Shown piece after piece: positions 17,406 through 26,536 of a stretch of DNA of 50,723 bases. Under the pieces are notes generated by a model that worked only from the letters and a program-made list of their open reading frames with translations, had not been told where the DNA came from and did not search any database. Both the position numbers and the translations under genes were made by a program. How positions within the stretch are numbered: the first letter of the stretch is position 1; each line of letters starts with the position of its first letter. This DNA comes from an uncultured Bdellovibrionales bacterium (lineage in GTDB: Bacteria > Patescibacteriota > Minisyncoccia > Moranbacterales > UBA2206): NCBI GenBank assembly GCA_964547585.1, contig CAZJOI010000004.1, positions 1 to 50,723 on the forward strand. Direction: 5' to 3'.

Positions 17406-19151
17406 CTATGTCGTCTTGGCGCCCAAAGCTTCTGAATTTGTACCATTCATTCTTTTGAATGCTTCCACCTTGGCTTCTTTTGATAGTTTTGTAAAAGCTT
17501 TTGAGGCAGCTTCATGTATCGGTTCATTCATAAATTGTTTTGGCAGATCTTGTTGTTTTGCCCAGTCTTCTGCTTTCATTTCTCCATATTTGCTTGCTGC
17601 TACATCACTAATATCATTCCAATTTTTTGCACTTTTATCTCCATTTCTCTTTTTTGCATCATTCATTTCAAGTCTGTGTCGCAATGTGAGATCCATTCTG
17701 GTGTCACCTACCTTGCTTAACAGAGACTCTCTTGTCTTGGTATCTGTTATGTTTTTCATAGAGTTGGTGAATGTTTCTTCATCAATCTTCCCAGCATTTG
17801 CTAAAGCATAAACTGCAGCTGCATCACCTTTTGTTGCCCAATTTTTTAAATCACTTTCGGATATTTTATCTTTTTCATATTCAGCCGCTCGTGTTTTCAT
17901 GTTTCTTTCTGCAGCTGTTTTATCTCCAAAAAATCCAGCTACCTTGGCTTCTTGGTTTTGGCGGAATCTATCAGATGGTTGAGCTATTTTTTGCTTCCAA
18001 GCTTGTTGAATACCTCCTGGTACACCGGTTTTTTTGGCCCCCCACCAAGCAGCTTTGCCAAACATTTTCGGGGTACCCTTCATAGCTTTTTGCGCGAAGT
18101 CTGTGATGGCACCAGCGCCAGCAATGCTCATTCCCTTAGCTATTCCCATACCCATCCAAAGAATGACAACGGGGATAATGAATGAACAGAGATTAGCAAG
18201 CCAATCTGGTTCGCTGGAATTTTTTGAAGCTAATTTAGAAATTGTTTTTCCTAGTTCAGTTGACATGCTGCCAGCTAAACCTGTTGCAATATAGAGCATA
18301 AAAATCATGATGGGAGCAAAGAAAGAATAATTAAACAGCTCTGTCCACCATTTTGAAGCCTTGTCCTGCAGTCCTGGGATGACGGAGCCAGTAAAAGCGA
18401 CAGGTGAAAAAATAATCAGAATGGCCAGCGCTATAATTCGAATAATAAAAAGCAAGGCCATAACCAAAAAGGTCACTCCAAAAATAAAAAGAAAAATATC
18501 CGCTACAATAAGTGGGGCAAGGTTGGCATTTCCAGGATTGATAATGTCTCCCAGCTTGGAAATTCCGGCAAGACTACCGGAAAGATTATTTATGCCAAGA
18601 GGAAACAAGGAGGATATTAGGGTATAAGTTAAGACATTTGAAACATCAATAATAAAGCGAGCAATGGGAAAACTGAAATTAACCAAAAGCGCCATTAAAA
18701 CTAAATTTAGAAGAGTGCTTTTGTAACTATATTTTTGGATTTGAAAAATAGTACAAAAGGCCGAAAAAAGTAAAAAAAGAATAAAAGCGATATTCAAAAA
18801 ATCTCTAACATTTTTCCAGCCCAAGTAAACGCTGTCACTGCTTATAATGGCAGTCATTCGAGATGGATCAGCTGCCGCCCAGCCAAATAAAGTTACAGAA
18901 AGGGAAACAAAAACAGTTAGGACGCTAAAAAGGGATTGAGCGAGGCAAATGAGAGGAGAGCTAGCCCATCCTATAGCGTCGCAAGAAAATTCGTCAACCT
19001 TCTGAGCATTTGCGGGGACGGATGTAACGGCTTGAGTATAGTCTGCACTTATTCCAAACAAGCCCACAAATAAAAAAACAAAAAGAAAAATCGCCAAAAA
19101 TATTTTGACTGATTTGTTTTTTTTGTTTATTTTCGGCGAAACTATATTCAT
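17406..19151 (-). CDS. VirB6/TrbL-like polytopic membrane protein with a long hydrophilic Lys/Ala-rich C-terminal tail
   Basis: About 7-8 TM segments followed by about 200 hydrophilic residues, the architecture of VirB6/TrbL-type channel proteins. The likely start is MNIVSPKINKK (ATG at 19151). Confidence 0.6.
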   Translation of the reverse strand: MNIVSPKINKKNKSVKIFLAIFLFVFLFVGLFGISADYTQAVTSVPANAQKVDEFSCDAIGWASSPLICLAQSLFSVLTVFVSLSVTLFGWAAADPSRMTAIISSDSVYLGWKNVRDFLNIAFILFLLFSAFCTIFQIQKYSYKSTLLNLVLMALLVNFSFPIARFIIDVSNVLTYTLISSLFPLGINNLSGSLAGISKLGDIINPGNANLAPLIVADIFLFIFGVTFLVMALLFIIRIIALAILIIFSPVAFTGSVIPGLQDKASKWWTELFNYSFFAPIMIFMLYIATGLAGSMSTELGKTISKLASKNSSEPDWLANLCSFIIPVVILWMGMGIAKGMSIAGAGAITDFAQKAMKGTPKMFGKAAWWGAKKTGVPGGIQQAWKQKIAQPSDRFRQNQEAKVAGFFGDKTAAERNMKTRAAEYEKDKISESDLKNWATKGDAAAVYALANAGKIDEETFTNSMKNITDTKTRESLLSKVGDTRMDLTLRHRLEMNDAKKRNGDKSAKNWNDISDVAASKYGEMKAEDWAKQQDLPKQFMNEPIHEAASKAFTKLSKEAKVEAFKRMNGTNSEALGAKTT

Positions 19152-19203
19152 GAAAAATCTGTGATCTAAATTAAAATAATAGTGGTATATGTTCCCATGG
19201 TCC

Positions 19204-20304
19204 CTAGTCACCATTCAGAGTTCTGAAAAGACTTGGCAACAAAAAATCTTCAATGTCCATGCTTCCCATAAGATCAAATTCCTGCGAGTCCCCCATCAAA
19301 TCATCCATCTGGCCTTGCAAGTCATTTTTCTTACTGCTGTTGTCTTTTGTTTCTTGTTTGCTTTCAATCCCGTCCTTGATCGTTCCTGCGGCCATAGTGG
19401 CTATCATAGAAATCATAGCCGTTGGAATGTCTTGGGCATTAGCCAAAACATCATTGCCGACAGTTTTGCTTTTAGAAACAATATCTTTGGTTGTGATGGC
19501 TGGTGTCTTGATATTTCCTTTACTGTCCTTGGTTGGTAAAAATCCTTGTCCGGCGATGTATTCTGTTTTAGCTTGTTCTTTGGCTGTGGCTAATTTTTTT
19601 TCATAAACAGCGGTAGCATTAGACTGAAAGGCCCAAGGATTATTTATGCCGGAAGCATAGGTATTCAGATTTTTAAAATTACCACTTTCAAACATCTTTG
19701 ACGGATCACCGGCATAGGTTACGGCTGGCTCAACCTTGTTGATGGTTGCTTTTTTGGCGTCCTCCACCATCTTATTTAGATAATTTCCAGCGCTTGAGGT
19801 CATACTGCCAGAAGTTGAAGCTGCGCTGGCCGACTCAATGAAGCTTTCAATTTGCGGATTGTTTTTATAGAGACCTATCCTAAATGAATCGGGACCGACT
19901 CCTTCAAAATTGGAAGCATAAGCATTCGCATTCTTACTGTTGATCTGAGCTATGTTGACATAGCTTGATGCGGAGCTTTTGCCTTGGGCGATGCCTTCTT
20001 TTAGGTATTTGTCAAATTCCTTATTAACGGCTTTTGTGGGATCACTTTCTAGAAACTCATTGGTATTTTTAACATATTTAGCAGCGCCGCCCACCGAATC
20101 ACTAATCATGCTAGCTCCTTCTTCCTTCAAAATGGCTAGTAAGGCAGACTTAATCATATCCATAGCTTGTTCAAAAATACCATCACAAGGGATAAACCAA
20201 CAATCAACTGCTTGAGCTGGTTTTTGAGAAGGAAAAAAACCGATTATGGCAAATAAAAAAATGAAAACTAAAACTTTAATTTTTTTATTAATTTTATTTT
20301 TCAT
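19204..20304 (-). CDS. Secreted protein, unknown function
   Basis: Signal peptide (KVLVFIFLFAIIGFFPSQKPAQA). 366 aa, Ala/Ser/Lys-rich. Confidence 0.6.
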   Translation of the reverse strand: MKNKINKKIKVLVFIFLFAIIGFFPSQKPAQAVDCWFIPCDGIFEQAMDMIKSALLAILKEEGASMISDSVGGAAKYVKNTNEFLESDPTKAVNKEFDKYLKEGIAQGKSSASSYVNIAQINSKNANAYASNFEGVGPDSFRIGLYKNNPQIESFIESASAASTSGSMTSSAGNYLNKMVEDAKKATINKVEPAVTYAGDPSKMFESGNFKNLNTYASGINNPWAFQSNATAVYEKKLATAKEQAKTEYIAGQGFLPTKDSKGNIKTPAITTKDIVSKSKTVGNDVLANAQDIPTAMISMIATMAAGTIKDGIESKQETKDNSSKKNDLQGQMDDLMGDSQEFDLMGSMDIEDFLLPSLFRTLNGD

Positions 20305-20334
20305 TCTTTTTAGCTTAGAGAATATTTTTTACAA

Positions 20335-21372
20335 TTAAGAATCCGAGGTATCAATGCCTAATTTTTCCAATTCATTTTTAATATAGTCGTTGTCCAATTC
20401 GTACTGGTTGCTTTTGGCTCGAAATTCCGCGAGAGCCTCTTGAAAAACATCCAGAAAACTATTTATTTTCGAAAAATTAATCAGACTTGCAACCGGATCA
20501 CTCGCATCTCTTTGAATAATTAGATCAATAAGTGAAAGACCATAGCCAAATATATTTATCATTTTTGCATGAGTATATTTGAATTCTTCCGGAACCTCTA
20601 CCTCCAGTATTTCCCTAAGAACTTTTTGACCTTTCCCACTCAGATTTCTGAAATAGTTGATATCATTTTCAAGTAGGGCCGTAGCCGACTCACTGAGTAC
20701 CTCAGATAGTGTTCTTTCAAAGTCAGTAGTACCGAGGATTGGCTTTTCAGAATTTAAAGATAGGACATAGAAAACAGAAACAACATAGTCCGTAAAATCC
20801 TGGGCTCTTAGTCTGGTTGCTTCTTCTCCGGAAAGGCCGGAATAATCCTGTTCTTTTATTTGAATATTTCCGACAGTTATGGTGGAATAGACACCCGTGG
20901 TAGATGTTTCATTCAAAAAATCCTGGACTAATGATCGCAGGTTTTCTGTGGTTATTTCTTCAGGAATTGTTTCTGCGTCACCGCCGACGCCCATTTCCAT
21001 CGAAAGCTTTTCGTTTAACTTTTGGGTTAGATTAACTTTCCCTCCTAGAGCGGAAACAATTTCAGGTGTTTTTTTATTAGAAACTGTTTCCAGTTTATCT
21101 CCAGGGGATGGTTTGAGTGGATCATAGCCAGATTTTACTTCTGCCCCATCCGTGTAACCGTCTCTATCAGAGTCAACACTATTTGGGTCAGTTCCATAAA
21201 TTCTTTCTTCTTGATCGGAGAGCCCATCATGATCGCTATCCAGAAAAAGATTGCTCGAATTGTCCTTGTTCTCTGCAAAAGTCAAAAAAGCTTGTCCCAA
21301 AATAAACAAACTGGCGACAAACAATAGCGACAACTTTAAGTCGGTAACTTTTATTTTCACATTAAGTTTCAT
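20335..21372 (-). CDS. Anchored/secreted protein with thrombospondin-type-3-like Ca-binding Asp repeats
   Basis: DSDHDGLSDQEERIYGTDPNSVDSDRDGYTDGAEVKSGYDPLKP follows an N-terminal hydrophobic segment. First gene of the minus-strand cluster. Confidence 0.65.
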   Translation of the reverse strand: MKLNVKIKVTDLKLSLLFVASLFILGQAFLTFAENKDNSSNLFLDSDHDGLSDQEERIYGTDPNSVDSDRDGYTDGAEVKSGYDPLKPSPGDKLETVSNKKTPEIVSALGGKVNLTQKLNEKLSMEMGVGGDAETIPEEITTENLRSLVQDFLNETSTTGVYSTITVGNIQIKEQDYSGLSGEEATRLRAQDFTDYVVSVFYVLSLNSEKPILGTTDFERTLSEVLSESATALLENDINYFRNLSGKGQKVLREILEVEVPEEFKYTHAKMINIFGYGLSLIDLIIQRDASDPVASLINFSKINSFLDVFQEALAEFRAKSNQYELDNDYIKNELEKLGIDTSDS

Positions 21373-21470
21373 TGATAAGATTATAACACAGAAACTGTTT
21401 TTTGTAGAACAGGTTTTTGCCTAGTTATCCACAGGAGAAGGGGTTTTTTATAAGTTAAATTAAATAATAA

Positions 21471-21497
21471 AATACTGACAAAAGTTGTCAGTATTTT
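21471..21497 (-). terminator. Rho-independent terminator downstream of rsmA
   Basis: Perfect 11-bp stem aatactgacaa/ttgtcagtatt with a 3-nt loop. A T-rich tract follows on the minus strand. Confidence 0.55.
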
Positions 21498-21519
21498 ATC
21501 GCCTGATTTTTTGCAAGAA

Positions 21520-22305
21520 CTATAAAGTATCTAAAAAATTTTTCCATTTTTCAACACTCAGTTCTTGAGCACGAACATTTGAAGACAGACCAATTTTTTT
21601 TAGTTTTTCTTCAACCAATTTCTTGTCTATTTTTAAGCTGCTAGTAGTGTTGTTCGCCAAAGTCTTTCTTTTGGCGCAAAAACCTGCTCTGACCAGTCGA
21701 AAGAATTTCTTGGTTTCTTCCAAGCTCGTGTTTTTTTGGCTTATATTAACTATTTTTATGACTGCACTGTCCACTTTGGGAACTGGGCAAAAAGCTTTTT
21801 TGGAAACTTCAAATAATAGCTTGGGTTCGGCATAATATTGCACTGAAACAGCCAAAATACTCATTTTTCCAGGTTTAGCCACTATTCTTTCGGCTACTTC
21901 TTTTTGTACCATTAAAATCATCTCCCTTGGCTTTATTTGAGCCTCAAGAAGCAATCTAATGATTGGAGAAGTTATGTAATAGGGTAAATTGGCGACAACT
22001 TTGTATTTAGTATCTGGTATTTTGTATTTTGCAGCTAAATCTGGTAAGTTTATTCTCAAAATATCAGCCATTATTATCTCAACATTGGGTGTATTTTTAA
22101 ACTTTTCTGCAAGTTTTTTGGCTAAAAATGGGTCAATTTCTATGGCAATAACCTTTTTAGCATATTTGACCAATTCTTCAGTCAAGACACCTTCTCCAGG
22201 CCCAATTTCAATTACAAAATCATTGGGCTGCAAATCAGCCGAATTAATGATTTTTTGGATAACATCAGCATCTCTTAGAAAATTTTGACCTAATTTGGTG
22301 GGCAT
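21520..22305 (-). CDS. rsmA: 16S rRNA (adenine1518/1519-N6)-dimethyltransferase
   Basis: KLGQNFLRD...VIEIGPGEGVLTEEL...VVANLPYYITSPII is the KsgA/RsmA signature. Confidence 0.92.
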   Translation of the reverse strand: MPTKLGQNFLRDADVIQKIINSADLQPNDFVIEIGPGEGVLTEELVKYAKKVIAIEIDPFLAKKLAEKFKNTPNVEIIMADILRINLPDLAAKYKIPDTKYKVVANLPYYITSPIIRLLLEAQIKPREMILMVQKEVAERIVAKPGKMSILAVSVQYYAEPKLLFEVSKKAFCPVPKVDSAVIKIVNISQKNTSLEETKKFFRLVRAGFCAKRKTLANNTTSSLKIDKKLVEEKLKKIGLSSNVRAQELSVEKWKNFLDTL

Positions 22306-22407
22306 ACTATTGGTTTGTAGTTTTTAGTTCTTAGTTTGTAGCTTGTGGAGTTGGTGGTTTGTAGCTAGAGGACTTTTCTAAAAACTACCAACAACTAAAA
22401 CTACTAA

Positions 22408-23367
22408 CTAATTAAGGATTTGTTCGACTTTAACTCCAATGACTCCGGCACCAATGGAAGCAATTTGGGCAAAGGCAACCTTATCAAGATCGATGATGCG
22501 ACCCTTACCCTGAGGACCATAGTCATTAATTTGAACGATAACAGTTTTACCATTGGCTGTGTTGGTAACCTTAACATATTCTCCCTTAGGAATGGAAGTG
22601 CTGGCCGCGAAGAGACCACCTTTCCAAGCATACCACGTTCCCTGTCCTTTGGCGGCTTTGCCGAGTTGCATGTAGGTTCCCTTAACGACAGTCTGCGCCA
22701 CAGGCTTTTGAGTAATATTTTTTTCTAAGACTACGCGAGAAATTTCTTTGCCATTTTGATAAGTTATTTTATATTTTACCTCGCGAATACCTTTTTCCCC
22801 TGGCTCCTGAATTTTTTCTTCTCTCCAACTAAGCTTTGAATCATTTTTATAAATAATTGGAAAATCAATATCTTCGGAAATAATTTTTTCTTCAATATTA
22901 ATACGAGTAACTACTATTTTTAAATTTTGGTTGGGAGGAAAAGTTTTATTCGGCGAAACCTTGTCGAGACGTCCAAGGATTACTTTGTTTTCATGAAGTG
23001 TGTCTTGAATATTATTTTGCAAGGTGTAAGTATTGAGAGTTTTTCCGTCAACCTCAATTTTTATTTTTAGAGCTCTTTTAATTTGCAAATTCATTCCAGA
23101 AAAAATCCTATCTTTTTTGTTGGGAATAATTTCGTCATGTTCCTTCAGAATTATTTTATTTTCATCCAGCCACTCTTCAACTGTTTGACTGTGTGTTTCT
23201 ATAACGAAATTCAGACCGTTGTCGTTAAGATGGACTGTTTTTTGGGCAGTTTCAATACCAGCCAAACTTCTGGAAAAAACTCCAAAATAAGCCAAGAATT
23301 TGTATCCGGAAAATATAAGGATAACAAAAAGAGTAAAATATAAAATTTTTTTATTGAAAAGAAACAT
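22408..23367 (-). CDS. RpfB-like cell-wall protein: two DUF348-like repeats, a G5 domain and an RlpA-like double-psi beta-barrel
   Basis: N-terminal TM segment. Two V.V.DG....T....V.D.L repeats, a G5-like segment (EEKIQEPGEKGIREVKYKITYQNGKE), and a C-terminal GTWYAWKGG...VKVTNTANGKTVIVQINDYGPQGKGRIIDLDKVAF. Confidence 0.8.
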   Translation of the reverse strand: MFLFNKKILYFTLFVILIFSGYKFLAYFGVFSRSLAGIETAQKTVHLNDNGLNFVIETHSQTVEEWLDENKIILKEHDEIIPNKKDRIFSGMNLQIKRALKIKIEVDGKTLNTYTLQNNIQDTLHENKVILGRLDKVSPNKTFPPNQNLKIVVTRINIEEKIISEDIDFPIIYKNDSKLSWREEKIQEPGEKGIREVKYKITYQNGKEISRVVLEKNITQKPVAQTVVKGTYMQLGKAAKGQGTWYAWKGGLFAASTSIPKGEYVKVTNTANGKTVIVQINDYGPQGKGRIIDLDKVAFAQIASIGAGVIGVKVEQILN

Positions 23368-23390
23368 AGATTATAAGGAATTAATTTTTT

Positions 23391-23569
23391 GTCATCCCCG
23401 CGAAGGCGGGGATCTAGGCTCCAGAAATTTTTTATTATATCAAATCGAATTATGAATAATTATAGCTGAATGTTTCTGGAATTTTTGCACGCTTTTATTT
23501 TCCATTAAGTTTGGTGGTAACTGGATTCCCGCCCGCCTTGTTGTCGAGACAGGCCTTCGCGGGAATGAC
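23391..23569. repeat. REP-like element: two inverted GC-rich palindromic units (23391-23417 and 23523-23569) flanking about 105 nt
   Basis: gtcatccccgcgaaggcggggatctag ... ctggattcccgc(N26)gcgggaatgac. The same architecture recurs at 32428-32504. Confidence 0.8.
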
Positions 23570-23644
23570 ACTAGCTGTATATTTGCAATAAGCCTCTAAA
23601 AATACTCTTTCGGTTTAGTTTTCGAAAATATTATGGCAACTTTT

Positions 23645-25171
23645 TTATTCCGTCTTAAATCTATATTGAATTGCTTCAGCAATGTAAGCGGGTTGAATTT
23701 CTGGGGAGCTTTCGAGATCGGCAATGGTTCTGGCAACCTTAATTATTCGATAATATGATCTGGCGCTGAGATAAAATTTGGAAACGGCATTTTTCATGAG
23801 TTCAATGCAAACTGAATTAAGTGAGCAAAATTCTTTGATTTCTTGGCTACTCATTTCACTATTAGTAACTGTTTTGGAATTTTCAAATCTTTCCTTTTGA
23901 ATGTTGCGCGCCCTTTCGACTCTGTCTCGAATTGACTTAGAACTTTCTGCAGCAATGTTTTCTTGGAGTTTTTCAAATTTGATTCTGGGAACTTCTACAT
24001 GCAAATCGATTCTGTCGAGAATTGGTCCAGAAATTTTTCTTTGATATTTGATGATACTGGCTGGGCTGCAAGCGCAGAGTTTTTCTGGATCAGTGGCATT
24101 ACCGCAAGGACAAGGATTCATAGCGGCGACAAGCGTAAAGCGAGCCGGAAATTCCAGTGAACCCTGAGCTCTGGAAATAGTAATTATACCATCTTCCAAT
24201 GGCTGTCTCAAGTTTTCTAAAACGGCACGGGAAAATTCTGGAAATTCATCCAGAAACAAAATTCCTCGATGGGACAGGCTTATTTCTCCTGGACGTGGAA
24301 AAGTTCCTCCGCCGACTAACGAAACTGCACTAGCACTGTGATGAGGCGATCGAAATTGGCGCTTGGTTATCAAAGCTATTTCTTTGGGAAGTTGCCCAGC
24401 TACTGAAAATATTTTTGTAATTTCCAGCGATTCATTTCTGGTTAGTCGTGGCAGAATGGATGGCATAGTTTTGGCTAACATGGTTTTCCCTGATCCTGGG
24501 GGGCCATTCAGCAGAATATTGTGTCCTCCGGCTGCCGCAATCTCCATGGCCCTCTTGGCATGTTCCTGACCACGAATAAAAGACATATCCACCGGGTGAT
24601 CCTCGTTGAGAAATAATTTTTCCAAGTTTGTTTTTTCGGCTGGTTGCAAGATGGTTTTTCCCAGAAGATGCGCAATAAGCGAAAGCAAGTTTTCTACTGG
24701 AAAAACTTTGATATTTTCAATAATTGAAGCTTCAGAAGAATTTAGCTTCGGAACATATATTTCCGAAATGCCTTTTTCTTTGGCCAAAATCGCCATTGGC
24801 AAAACTCCTTTGACAGGGCGTATTTTGCCATCAAGGGATAACTCTCCCAAAAAAAGTTTATTTCTATGATCAAATTCTATTTGTTTGGTAGCTAAAAGAA
24901 AACCCAAGGCTATTGGCAAATCATAAACCGGACCTTCCTTGCGCAGATCGGCTGGAGCCAAATTGACCGTCACTCTCCCGCATTGATGGGGTGAACGAAA
25001 CTGACTATTACGGATAGCCGCGCCAACTCGGTCGCGTGATTCTTTAACAGCGGCATCGGGCAAACCCACAATATTAAACTGATGAAGTCCAGACGAAATT
25101 GTATCCACTTCCACCTCGACTACTTCGCTTTTGAGACCAATTGTTGCTGCCGATAAAATTTTTGAAGACAA
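23645..25171 (-). CDS. comM: YifB/ComM-family Mg-chelatase-like AAA+ ATPase
   Basis: N-terminal Lon-like domain (ATIGLKSEVVEVEVD...GLPDAAVKESRDRV), Walker A LLNGPPGSGKTMLA, and ILFLDEFPEF. Confidence 0.92.
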   Translation of the reverse strand: MSSKILSAATIGLKSEVVEVEVDTISSGLHQFNIVGLPDAAVKESRDRVGAAIRNSQFRSPHQCGRVTVNLAPADLRKEGPVYDLPIALGFLLATKQIEFDHRNKLFLGELSLDGKIRPVKGVLPMAILAKEKGISEIYVPKLNSSEASIIENIKVFPVENLLSLIAHLLGKTILQPAEKTNLEKLFLNEDHPVDMSFIRGQEHAKRAMEIAAAGGHNILLNGPPGSGKTMLAKTMPSILPRLTRNESLEITKIFSVAGQLPKEIALITKRQFRSPHHSASAVSLVGGGTFPRPGEISLSHRGILFLDEFPEFSRAVLENLRQPLEDGIITISRAQGSLEFPARFTLVAAMNPCPCGNATDPEKLCACSPASIIKYQRKISGPILDRIDLHVEVPRIKFEKLQENIAAESSKSIRDRVERARNIQKERFENSKTVTNSEMSSQEIKEFCSLNSVCIELMKNAVSKFYLSARSYYRIIKVARTIADLESSPEIQPAYIAEAIQYRFKTE

Positions 25172-25267
25172 TAGAGTGGAATTTTTTAATTTTGTAATTT
25201 TTAATTTTTAAACGGGCGGTAGTTTATAAATTTTTAAATGTTTAAAAATTAATATTTATTTACAAAA

Positions 25268-25711
25268 TTATAAAATTAAAAATTTTTTAAAAGATATTTT
25301 TTTAAATTTATCAATTAATATTATTGCAGCACCGATTGTGATGAAACTATCAGCCAAATTAAAGATTGGCCAAATTTTGATATTAATGAAATCAATAACG
25401 CAACCAAAGAATATCCTGTCCAGTAAATTTCCAATTGCTCCGGACAAAATTAGCGACAAACTGGCTAAGAGAAAAATATTCAATGATTTTTTTTGAAAAA
25501 TTTCTGAAAAAATTAAATAAATTAGAAAAATAACTATAACTATCCAAAAAAACCAAAACAAAAATGAAGGCAACTTTATTCCCCAAGCCATACCGCTATT
25601 GCACAAATAAAATCCGCTCGAAAAGCGGACTAAGAATTTGGATAACTGATCAAGCAAAACTAAAGAAAGTAGAAAAACTAAACTCAAGACTAAAATTTTT
25701 GTCTTATTCAT
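25268..25711 (-). CDS. lspA: Lipoprotein signal peptidase (signal peptidase II)
   Basis: LDQLSK...GAIGNLLDRIFFGCVIDFI...FNLADSFITIGA is the LspA signature. Four TM segments. Confidence 0.9.
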   Translation of the reverse strand: MNKTKILVLSLVFLLSLVLLDQLSKFLVRFSSGFYLCNSGMAWGIKLPSFLFWFFWIVIVIFLIYLIFSEIFQKKSLNIFLLASLSLILSGAIGNLLDRIFFGCVIDFINIKIWPIFNLADSFITIGAAIILIDKFKKISFKKFLIL

Positions 25712-25715
25712 CAGC

Positions 25716-26072
25716 TTATTTACACTTTATGCAAGTTTTGGCAGAAGGGTTTATTTTTAAACGTTCAATGTCAATTTCTTGTTGGCAATTCTCACAAACT
25801 CCGTAAGTGCCATTTTCCATCTTAGCAAGAGCCTCAATAACATCTTTGAGTTTATTTTCCAGAGCTGTTTCCACCGGCAAATTATCGGCATATTGTTCAA
25901 CTTCAGTGGCATTATCATCCTTATCTTCTCCAATTCTTTCAAAGTTTGTTTCATATTCTCCGTCTCTTTTGTCGATAGGGCGGGCAATCTTTTGTAAGTC
26001 TGTTTCGAGTCTTTCTTTTTCTTCTAGGAGAGACGTCTTTAATTCAGCTAATGTTTTTGGATCTATTGTCAT
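25716..26072 (-). CDS. DksA/TraR-family C4 zinc-finger protein
   Basis: C-terminal CENCQQEIDIERLKINPSAKTCIKC, preceded by an acidic coiled-coil region. Confidence 0.85.
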   Translation of the reverse strand: MTIDPKTLAELKTSLLEEKERLETDLQKIARPIDKRDGEYETNFERIGEDKDDNATEVEQYADNLPVETALENKLKDVIEALAKMENGTYGVCENCQQEIDIERLKINPSAKTCIKCK

Positions 26073-26158
26073 AGGATTTCTTTATTAATTAAAAACTGTT
26101 ATTTTCAGCATTTTGCATTCTTATCTTATCAAATTACGCATAGGTTGTCTATTTTATA

Positions 26159-26536
26159 TTAATAGAAGATGCTTTTTAAGTGTTTGATTTTGGCTCTTCT
26201 GGTTGTGTAATCTAGCCAAACCGAAACAGCATCAAATCGGTAGTTTGCATCTCTCAGATTTTTTTCCTGAAGATAACGGGTGGCTATTTTATTTAGTTTA
26301 TGTAATTTAGATGGAGTAATATTTTCTTCTGGCAAAGCATCTTTATATTGTTGGTATTCTCTGGTTTTTACTTCCACGAAAACCAGCTCGTTCATTTCTT
26401 TGTCTTTGGCGATGATATCAATTTCTCCAATGACGCGACCGGTTATGTTTTTGAAATTCCGATCCAAAATATCGTAGCCTATATTTTTAAGAAAATTAGC
26501 TGCCGCTATTTCTCCATCTCTTCCTATATTATTCAT
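26159..26536 (-). CDS. yraN: YraN-family (UPF0102) endonuclease-like protein
   Basis: GRDGEIAAANFLKNIGYDILDRNF...GEIDIIAKDK..LVFVEVKTR. The probable start is MNNIG (ATG at 26536). Confidence 0.85.
   Translation of the reverse strand: MNNIGRDGEIAAANFLKNIGYDILDRNFKNITGRVIGEIDIIAKDKEMNELVFVEVKTREYQQYKDALPEENITPSKLHKLNKIATRYLQEKNLRDANYRFDAVSVWLDYTTRRAKIKHLKSIFY

Noticed and set aside
17416-18627. Plus-strand ORFs of 68-131 aa inside the VirB6-like gene. Similar antisense ORFs occur inside yidC, the flippase, VirB4, comM, pnp (e.g. the Lys-rich 29760-30137), infB and the recombinase.
   Set aside because: These are shadow ORFs embedded in longer genes with recognisable family motifs or operon packing. 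Their low-complexity, Lys/Phe/Ile-rich translations are typical of AT-rich antisense frames.
8092-21372. Interpreting the T4SS-like cluster as an integrated conjugative element
   Set aside because: No relaxase, coupling protein, integrase, flanking repeats or tRNA boundary is visible. Housekeeping genes abut both ends. I treat it as a chromosomal apparatus pending whole-genome context.
22404-22631. 75-aa ORF on the same strand as, and inside, the RpfB-like gene
   Set aside because: It is an out-of-frame overlap within the conserved RlpA-like barrel coding region. There is no independent support.
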